From Gammaproteobacteria bacterium (GTDB lineage: Bacteria; Pseudomonadota; Gammaproteobacteria; S012-40), in assembly GCA_029881255.1 (NCBI GenBank), contig JAOUMY010000006.1:136013-168012 (forward strand): a stretch of DNA of 32,000 nucleotides, in the 5' to 3' direction. Position numbers and translations under genes: made by a program. Below the pieces are notes generated by a model. That model saw nothing but the letters and a program-made list of their open reading frames with translations. It had not been told where the DNA came from and did no database searches. Position 1 is the first letter of the stretch; every line of letters begins with the position of its first letter. This document shows positions 24,997 through 32,000 of this stretch, piece after piece.

Positions 24997-25629
24997 CTAT
25001 TTCTCCAACAAACGCTGCGCCGATTGAAACACCTTGCGAAACATCGCTTCTGTCAGACGCTTTGTTTGGGTGTTGTATCGTGAACAGTGGTATGAATCGA
25101 GCAATGTTAACTCATTCTCGAGTTTGTGTTTGGCATTGTGCGCAAATTTATAAGACGACAATTTCTCTCCCAAGGCTTTCAATACCGCATTATGCGCAAT
25201 ACTGCCCAGGGCGAGTATGACAGAGCCTGGACTCATCGACTGTAACTCAGAAGCGAGAAAGGGATTGCAGATATTGATCTCCTCCCCCGTAGGTTTATTC
25301 TGTGGCGGCAGGCATTTGACCGCATTGGTAATGCGGCAATTTCGCAATTTCAGCCCATCATCGGCCGAAACAGATTCAGCGCGATTGGAAAACCCAAAAT
25401 CATAAAGTGTCTGGTAAAGCAGGATCCCGGCAAAGTCGCCGGTAAACGGCCGCCCGGTTCGATTCGCGCCATGCATGCCCGGTGCAAGACCAACAATTAA
25501 CAAACGGGCTTTTTGATCACCAAAGGCGGGTACGGGCGCAGCAAAATAATCAGGCTTCTCCGACTTCACTTCTTTGAGAAAGTTGGCTAAGCGAGGACAA
25601 CGCTGACAGTTCGCTTCAAATTGGTACAT
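24997..25629 (-). CDS. Uracil-DNA glycosylase family 5-like (UDGb)
   Basis: Motif GLAPGMHGANRTGRPFTGDFAG and C-terminal HCSRYNTQTKRLT; CxxC (CQRC) near the N-terminus, consistent with Fe-S UDGs. Confidence 0.85.
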   Translation of the reverse strand: MYQFEANCQRCPRLANFLKEVKSEKPDYFAAPVPAFGDQKARLLIVGLAPGMHGANRTGRPFTGDFAGILLYQTLYDFGFSNRAESVSADDGLKLRNCRITNAVKCLPPQNKPTGEEINICNPFLASELQSMSPGSVILALGSIAHNAVLKALGEKLSSYKFAHNAKHKLENELTLLDSYHCSRYNTQTKRLTEAMFRKVFQSAQRLLEK

Positions 25630-25848
25630 TTATACATCCCGAAATTGATGGCGCAGTATATCACTCAACATACACTGAGCAGGATTGAATAATAAAAAGT
25701 CTGACTATCAAAAACACGTCATTTTCACCGTTTTTTGTGTGCCAATAGTAGCTTATATTCCTGTCCTCTGACACCGATTTTCCTGATAACATGCCTGCTA
25801 CTACAAACGGCAATCATTAATTCCATCGCTGCCTATGAACCTCCACTG

Positions 25849-28332
25849 ATGAAACAAGCACAAACACTGGCAAAAAGCACGCTCAGCAGTATCGCTGTAC
25901 GAGTCTCCGTGCTCATTATATTCATCACGGGTCTGACCTATATCCATGTTACCGATTTGTATTCACAACAAACGCTGGATTATCTCGAACGGTATGTCCA
26001 GGAAAGGGCGCAAAACGATAGTGAAATTTTCATGCTGGCGGAGGAGAACCACCGCAGCATGAGAACTTCAATATTGAAAAAACTTGGCGAGCAGTCCAAT
26101 CCAGAGCATTTAATTCGCTTTGATCAACTCTTTGAAAAACTGCCTGATGGTACGACCCGAAACCGGAAAACTGGTGAATCCGAAGAACATCTGCCTTTTG
26201 CTTACATGGGTCGCGACGTTGTTATCGACAACGACCTAAAACATTTGGCCACAATTTTCTACGACGCTAGCCTACAATATGGTTCTGTCTGGCATCATCT
26301 CTTTCAAAATCTATATTTCACGACGCCCAATAATGTATTAATTGGATACTGGCCCGAATTCCCTAACTGGGCTCACGATCTGCCCGCCGATTTTGACATG
26401 ACTACCCAAGAATATGTTTGGATCGCTGACACACAGCATAATCCGAATCGAAAAATGGTCTGGACGGGATTATTTTATGACCTTGGCAGCAAGAGCTGGA
26501 TGACATCTATCGAGACGCCAATTGATTACAATGGAAAGCACATAGCAACCATTGGTAATGACGTCACGTTGAATGAGTTAATCAGTCGCACGTTAAATGT
26601 GAACCTCGAAGGTTCTTACAATATTATTTTTCGCGACGACGGGCGCATGATTGCTCATCCCGAACTGTTAACGCACGTTCAAACCAACCAACAACCGAAG
26701 TTAATTCAGGACATGAATAATCCCGTCCTGAAGAATATCTTCGAGGCAGTAAAAAATCACCAGAGCAGCTCCATGATAATCGACGATCCTGGGTTAGACG
26801 CCTATCTTGCTGTAGCTCGCTATGAAGGCCCTGACTGGCATTTCGTAACTGTATATCCGCGTAATTTGGTTAATGGTGCGGCATATGATACGGCAAGCTT
26901 TATACTTATTGCCGGGATACTCTCGCTGGCGCTTGAGCTTTTGATTTTTTATTCAGTTATACGTAGAAAAGTTGCTTTGCCTTTTTCTTCATTTCTCACC
27001 ACTATCGGACGCGTCTCTCGAGGTGACTACGACTCAAAACTTGACGACTCACGCAAGGACGAACTCGGACATTTCGCTGCGGCGTTTAATCATATGATCC
27101 AGGTTGTCCAAGAACGAACCAGACAACTTGAATCAAGCCAGAATTTACTGAAAAAGGCTTTGGAAAAAGAGACCCGTGAGGCACAAAACAACCGCGCGCT
27201 TTTTGAATTGTCACCGATAGGACTCGCACTCACCAATATGCGGGGTGATCTTATCGAAGTAAATTCTGCCTATGCCAACATTATTGGCTACACCACCGAA
27301 GAGTGTAGCGAACTAAGCTACTGGGACATCACCCCAGAAAAATATGCCCTGATGGAACAACAGCAACTTAATTCACTTAATCAAACGGGGCGATACGGCC
27401 CATATGAAAAAGAGTACCGACACAAGAATGGGCATCTGGTTCCGGTCCGGCTTGTCGGCATGATTTTATACCGTGATGGAGAGCGCTTTATCTGGTCTAG
27501 CGTGGAAAACATCGCCAGCGAAAAGAATATTCAGAAACACCTGGAACAATTGGTTAAAGAACGCACGCAGGAACTAGAGAATGCACAGACAGAACTTATA
27601 CGCAGGGAAAGACTCGCCACTCTTGGACAATTGACGGCAACCGTGAGTCACGAAATGCGCAATCCGCTAGCGGCGATCAGACCGGCGGTTTACATCCTGA
27701 AGCGAAAATTCGCAGAAACCGAGGATGAAAGTGTAGCCAAAGTTCTGGAGCGCATTGATCGAAACATAACGCGCTGTGATCACATTATTGATGAATTGCT
27801 CGATTTTGCTCGAACCTCTAATCTCTATTTTTCAAATATCCAAATTGATGAATGGCTAAAAGAAGTCGTAAAAGAACAAACTATACATCCCGGCATTATG
27901 GTTGACCTCGAGCTCGGACTCAATGAGGTCTCGATAAGAATTGACTCAAATAAGGCCAGACGCGCCATTATCAATATTATTGAAAATGCTTGCCACGCCA
28001 TGCTCAATGACAGCCGGGCATCGCCAATACACGACAAGTGCCGTCTTCGAATTAGCACTCGTCAAAATAGTCATTACATTGAGATATCCGTCGAAGACAA
28101 CGGAATCGGGATGTCACAGGACGTATTGGATCAGATATTCGAACCGCTATATTCCACCAAATCTTTCGGTGTCGGTCTGGGCATGCCAATCATAAAGCAA
28201 ATCATGAATCAACATAACGGAGAAATAGACATCGTCAGTACACCTGGCCACAGCACTACGGTTACCTTACGATTCCCCATTAGCCATTCTCAAAATACAA
28301 CTATGGAAAGCAAAGATACGGTTACTGCCTGA
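25849..28332 (+). CDS. Membrane sensor histidine kinase: periplasmic Cache-like domain, HAMP, PAS, HisKA, HATPase_c
   Basis: TM VSVLIIFITGLTYIHV, second TM ASFILIAGILSLALELLIFYSVI, HAMP-like region, PAS LFELSPIGLALTNMRGDLIEVN, H-box ATVSHEMRNPLAAIRPAV, VEDNGIGMSQDVLDQIFEPLYSTKSFGVGLGMPIIKQIM. Likely start ATG 25849; the ORF is open from 25735. Confidence 0.9.
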   Translation: MKQAQTLAKSTLSSIAVRVSVLIIFITGLTYIHVTDLYSQQTLDYLERYVQERAQNDSEIFMLAEENHRSMRTSILKKLGEQSNPEHLIRFDQLFEKLPDGTTRNRKTGESEEHLPFAYMGRDVVIDNDLKHLATIFYDASLQYGSVWHHLFQNLYFTTPNNVLIGYWPEFPNWAHDLPADFDMTTQEYVWIADTQHNPNRKMVWTGLFYDLGSKSWMTSIETPIDYNGKHIATIGNDVTLNELISRTLNVNLEGSYNIIFRDDGRMIAHPELLTHVQTNQQPKLIQDMNNPVLKNIFEAVKNHQSSSMIIDDPGLDAYLAVARYEGPDWHFVTVYPRNLVNGAAYDTASFILIAGILSLALELLIFYSVIRRKVALPFSSFLTTIGRVSRGDYDSKLDDSRKDELGHFAAAFNHMIQVVQERTRQLESSQNLLKKALEKETREAQNNRALFELSPIGLALTNMRGDLIEVNSAYANIIGYTTEECSELSYWDITPEKYALMEQQQLNSLNQTGRYGPYEKEYRHKNGHLVPVRLVGMILYRDGERFIWSSVENIASEKNIQKHLEQLVKERTQELENAQTELIRRERLATLGQLTATVSHEMRNPLAAIRPAVYILKRKFAETEDESVAKVLERIDRNITRCDHIIDELLDFARTSNLYFSNIQIDEWLKEVVKEQTIHPGIMVDLELGLNEVSIRIDSNKARRAIINIIENACHAMLNDSRASPIHDKCRLRISTRQNSHYIEISVEDNGIGMSQDVLDQIFEPLYSTKSFGVGLGMPIIKQIMNQHNGEIDIVSTPGHSTTVTLRFPISHSQNTTMESKDTVTA

Positions 28333-28355
28333 CACTTACCAGAGCCGGTTGCGTA

Positions 28356-31010
28356 TCAAACATCCCCGAGAGTTTTTGCCACAATTTCGTACACATCTTT
28401 CGGCAGTCCCGCGGCTTGCTCAATTCGAGTCAATTGCGCACGCATCATATCCGCTCGCTGAGTATCGAATCGACGCCACTGACTGAAGGCAGTTGCAATG
28501 CGCGCAGACATTTGTGGATTCAATTTGGCCAACTCAAGGACGGCATCCGCGACAAAATGATAGCCTTCACCGGAAACATCGTGAAAATGCACCGGGTTTC
28601 CAAAGGCAAATCCGCCAATAACGGAACGAACTTTGTTTGGATTGCGGATTTCAAAAGCCGGATGCTGTACGAGCGACTTGATCTGAGCAATGGCATCGGG
28701 TTGGTCAGCTCGTGATTGAACAGCAAACCATTTATCTACAACCAGTGGATCGTATTGCCACTTGTCGTAGAAACGCTGTAACACCTCAAGCCGTTCCCCA
28801 CAGGCGATATTGGCCAACGCGCCCATCGCTGCCAATTCGTCCGTCATATTATTCGCATTATCGAATTGATGTACTGCCAATGCTCTGGTATCTGCATCAT
28901 TGAGACGAACCAGGTAGGCTAGTGCCGTATTTTTCAGTTGACGAGCAGCAACGTTTTCCGCGTTGAAAACATAATCACCTTCCAGTCGATTTGACTGATA
29001 CGTCTTCTGCCAATCCTCGCGCAATGCTGAAGCTAAACGATTTGCCACGAATTCACGTGCCCGGTGAATAGCGGCAGGGTCGACAACGCTTTGCATCTCT
29101 GCCAGATAGATTTCATTTGGTAGCATCAGCGCCTGTGACACCAATGATTTGTCCAGTTGTTCGTTTAACAACACCTTGCGAAAAGCCTGAACAAGATCAT
29201 CACGCAATGACAGCGTTTTGCCCACACTAAGATCACCGATCAATCCATTGATGATACGCACGGCCAGGCGTTGTCCAGCTTCCCAACGATTGAATTCATC
29301 GTTGTCATTGGCCATCAGAAACATCAATTCATCGTCGCTATAATCGAATTCCAGTTTTACCGGCGCCGAAAAACCACGCAGCAGTGACGGTACAGGCTCG
29401 CGTTTGATTTGAGTAAATCGAAACTCCTCACTACTGTTCTTTAACTCCAGTATTTGCTTGCCTTCAATGACAGTCGCACCTGAACTGGCATGGAGGGCTA
29501 AATCGTTACCCTCATGATCGAGCAAACCGACGGCGACCGGAATATGAAACGGTTCCTTTTTCGACTGTCCCGGCGTTGCAGGACAAGCCTGCGTAAAACG
29601 CAAAACATACTCCTGTTTAACGGCATCATATTCACGCTCGACATTCACTACTGGCGTTCCAGCCTGGCTATACCAATGCTTAAACTGGCTTAGATCGACT
29701 CCGCTGGCGTCCTGCATGGCCTGAGCAAAATCATCGCAAGTGACGGCCTGTCCATCGTGTCGCTGAAAATATAAATCCATACCCTTGCGAAAGTTCTCTT
29801 TGCCTATCAAGGTATGCATCATGCGCACGACTTCGGCGCCCTTGTTATACACGGTCACAGTGTAGAAGTTACTAATGTCGATAAAAGAGTCCGGTCGTAC
29901 CGGATGGGCCATGGGCCCGGCGTCTTGTGGAAATTGTGCTGTGCGCAATACGTTCACATCCGCAATACGTTTCACCGGACGCGACATAACATCGGAGGTA
30001 AATTCCTCGTCGCGAAAAACTGTCAATCCTTCTTTCAAACTCAACTGAAACCAATCGCGGCAAGTGACGCGATTTCCCGTCCAGTTGTGAAAATATTCAT
30101 GTGCGATAATGGCTTCGATATTTTCAAAATCTGCATCCGTGGCCGTGTCGGAACGCGCCAACACGCAAGAGGAATTGAAAATATTTAGTCCCTTGTTTTC
30201 CATCGCGCCCATATTGAAGTCATTCACCGCGACGATCATGTAAATATCCAGATCATATTGCAGACCAAATACCTCTTCATCCCATTTCATGGCCTTCTTC
30301 AGTGCCAACATCGCGTGGGCGGTTTTGTCTATATTTGCCTTCTCAACAAAGATCTGTAAAACCACTTCGCGGCCGGAGCGGGTAACAAAGGTATCTTCCT
30401 GGTGCAGCAAATCGCCAGCAACCAGAGCGAACAGATAACTGGGTTTACGGTAGGGGTCATGCCATTTCACCCAATGACGACCATCATCAAACACCCCTTC
30501 GTCCACTCGATTGCCATTGGATAGTAATACGGGATACTTTTCGCGATCGGCAATTACTGTGGTGGTGTAAAACGCCATCACATCCGGTCTGTCGAGAAAA
30601 TACGTAATGCGGCGAAACCCTTCGGCCTCACATTGGGTGCAAAACATACCACTGGATTTATATAAACCTTCGAGAGTGGTGTTGTTCTGAGGCTCAATCA
30701 GCGTTGCAATCTGTAAATGAAATTCTTCCGGTACGCTATTGAGCGTGATTCCTTCAGCGTTTTGTGAATACCCACTTTCAGCTAATTCGTCACCATTGAT
30801 CGAAATCTGCGCCAGTTGCAATTCGGTTCCATATAAAAACAAACTCGTGTCAGTGCCCTGATAGAGGGGATTGCGCTTGACGTGACTCAAGGCCGTAACC
30901 CTCGTCTGTTCCTCACCCAATTCAAATGTCAGTTGCACGTGATCGATCAGGAAATTGGACGGTTGGTAGTCTTTAAGATAGGTGATGCGTGGCGAATCCG
31001 TGGTTTTCAT
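28356..31010 (-). CDS. pepN: Aminopeptidase N (M1 family)
   Basis: GAMENKGLNIFNSSCVLA, HEYFHNWTGNRVTCRDWFQLSLKEGLTVFRDEEF; YTVTVYNKGAEVVRMMHTLIG. Confidence 0.98.
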   Translation of the reverse strand: MKTTDSPRITYLKDYQPSNFLIDHVQLTFELGEEQTRVTALSHVKRNPLYQGTDTSLFLYGTELQLAQISINGDELAESGYSQNAEGITLNSVPEEFHLQIATLIEPQNNTTLEGLYKSSGMFCTQCEAEGFRRITYFLDRPDVMAFYTTTVIADREKYPVLLSNGNRVDEGVFDDGRHWVKWHDPYRKPSYLFALVAGDLLHQEDTFVTRSGREVVLQIFVEKANIDKTAHAMLALKKAMKWDEEVFGLQYDLDIYMIVAVNDFNMGAMENKGLNIFNSSCVLARSDTATDADFENIEAIIAHEYFHNWTGNRVTCRDWFQLSLKEGLTVFRDEEFTSDVMSRPVKRIADVNVLRTAQFPQDAGPMAHPVRPDSFIDISNFYTVTVYNKGAEVVRMMHTLIGKENFRKGMDLYFQRHDGQAVTCDDFAQAMQDASGVDLSQFKHWYSQAGTPVVNVEREYDAVKQEYVLRFTQACPATPGQSKKEPFHIPVAVGLLDHEGNDLALHASSGATVIEGKQILELKNSSEEFRFTQIKREPVPSLLRGFSAPVKLEFDYSDDELMFLMANDNDEFNRWEAGQRLAVRIINGLIGDLSVGKTLSLRDDLVQAFRKVLLNEQLDKSLVSQALMLPNEIYLAEMQSVVDPAAIHRAREFVANRLASALREDWQKTYQSNRLEGDYVFNAENVAARQLKNTALAYLVRLNDADTRALAVHQFDNANNMTDELAAMGALANIACGERLEVLQRFYDKWQYDPLVVDKWFAVQSRADQPDAIAQIKSLVQHPAFEIRNPNKVRSVIGGFAFGNPVHFHDVSGEGYHFVADAVLELAKLNPQMSARIATAFSQWRRFDTQRADMMRAQLTRIEQAAGLPKDVYEIVAKTLGDV

Positions 31011-31016
31011 CTGTCG

Positions 31017-31511
31017 CTATCCAATAATGATTTGCTTTAAATATTGAAAAATGGCACGTGCCGACTTGGGTGGCTTGTTCGCCGCGCGCTCCCGCTGGTT
31101 ATTCCGAATCAATTGCCTTAGATGCTGGACATCAATATCAGGATATTGTGATATTAGCTCCTCCAAGGCTCCACCAGATTCGCCGAGCAACCGGTCTCGC
31201 CAGTGTTCGATCTCGTGAAACGCTTCGACATTTTGGTGATGCCGATCATCATAGCGCGCCAGTTCCTGAGCAATCGGTTCAACATCTATGCCGCGCAACA
31301 ACTTCCCCAGGTATTGAAACTGTCGTTTTTTTGCTGCATACGACCGTATACTTCGCGCCTCGCGCACAGCCTCAAGTATATTGTCAGGCAGACCCAGCTC
31401 GACTAACACCTTCTCGGGCATCGCCACCAATCGTTCACCCATCTCGCGTATGGCATGGGCCTCGCGCTTGAGTTGGCTTTTACTTACTAATTCGTCGTTA
31501 TCTTCCGTCAT
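31017..31511 (-). CDS. darP: DarP/YjgA (DUF615) ribosome-associated protein
   Basis: LVSKSQLKREAHAIREMGERLVAMP, HRQFQY-like KKRQFQYLGKLLRG and WRDRLL, characteristic of the YjgA family. Confidence 0.88.
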   Translation of the reverse strand: MTEDNDELVSKSQLKREAHAIREMGERLVAMPEKVLVELGLPDNILEAVREARSIRSYAAKKRQFQYLGKLLRGIDVEPIAQELARYDDRHHQNVEAFHEIEHWRDRLLGESGGALEELISQYPDIDVQHLRQLIRNNQRERAANKPPKSARAIFQYLKQIIIG

Positions 31512-31639
31512 TTACGTAACAGCCTTTTGAGTCTGCCTCCTACTTAGGTATATACTTAGCGCTCGCTGTCAAACTGCTCAATGGACAAATAAACCTTAGA
31601 GCATAGTTGGCTGAATTATATACCCATTTTGGAGACATC

Positions 31640-31921
31640 ATGCAGCAAGCCGAAACCATACAAGGCATTCAATGCAAGGATTGCGGCTTTCAGGGAGAAG
31701 CCAGATCAAACAGTTCGCAATTATTTCTCATTTTCATTGCCATGATACTGTTGTCGGCTTTTTTTCTGCCGCTGATTATACTCGCCCTTGCCTACCTGGT
31801 CTGGATAATTTCGAAACCATCGAAAAAATCATGCCCGCAATGCAAATCGCATAATATCGAAACGGCGACACTGTCGCTGGAAAAGAAAACGTCGAACATG
31901 GAAGCGGATGAAAGTCATTAA
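31640..31921 (+). CDS. Small membrane protein with CxxC pairs flanking a hydrophobic hairpin (split zinc ribbon)
   Basis: IQCKDCGFQGEARSN - long hydrophobic stretch LFLIFIAMILLSAFFLPLIILALAYLVWIIS - KKSCPQCKSHNIETATL. ATG 31640 is preceded by GGAGA. Confidence 0.7.
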   Translation: MQQAETIQGIQCKDCGFQGEARSNSSQLFLIFIAMILLSAFFLPLIILALAYLVWIISKPSKKSCPQCKSHNIETATLSLEKKTSNMEADESH

Positions 31922-32000
31922 CAAAAAAATTTGAATGTACTGTTGACGTCTAAGCCCGACTGATGTGGAATATAGCCCACCACCAAAAACGGAACACTCA

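Noticed and set aside
29814-30188. 124-aa plus-strand ORF opposite pepN
   Set aside because: Shadow of a confident M1 aminopeptidase CDS.
1-32000. Search for CRISPR arrays, tRNA/rRNA genes, transposases, toxin-antitoxin pairs and phage-defence genes
   Set aside because: No regularly spaced direct repeats, cloverleaf-like sequences or recognisable proteins of these classes were seen by eye. A tRNAscan-SE, CRISPR finder or defence-system HMM run would be needed to exclude them formally.

Overview
This is a 32 kb gammaproteobacterial-type chromosomal segment, densely coding, with no rRNA, tRNA, transposase, phage gene or CRISPR array that I could recognise. From left to right it contains: (1) a UMF1-type MFS transporter, a guanine-deaminase-like enzyme and the molybdopterin genes mobA-mobB-moeA; (2) a histone H1-like Lys/Ala repeat protein flanked by unusual A/T-tract inverted repeats; (3) a minus-strand cluster of an envelope/OMP-like protein and two tandem subtilisin-family (S8) proteases, both ending in a Cys-containing 'GGC...DP + TM + R' sorting signal resembling JDVT-CTERM, with a strong hairpin between genes; (4) a plus-strand secreted cluster of a Calx-beta/DUF1566-like lipoprotein, a second DUF1566-like protein and a Gly/Met-rich exported protein; (5) a three-gene phosphorelay of a hybrid histidine kinase, a REC-HD-GYP protein and a stand-alone REC protein; (6) several orphan genes and a cysteine-free Fur-family regulator with a PerR-like box upstream; (7) thiO, pgsA, uvrC and a family-5 UDG in collinear arrangement; (8) a Cache/PAS histidine kinase, pepN, darP/yjgA and a small split zinc-ribbon membrane protein. 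The least explained region is about 4.4-14.6 kb. No complete novel defence or mobile system could be demonstrated. The tandem CTERM-tagged proteases and the adjacent secreted-protein cluster are the best leads.
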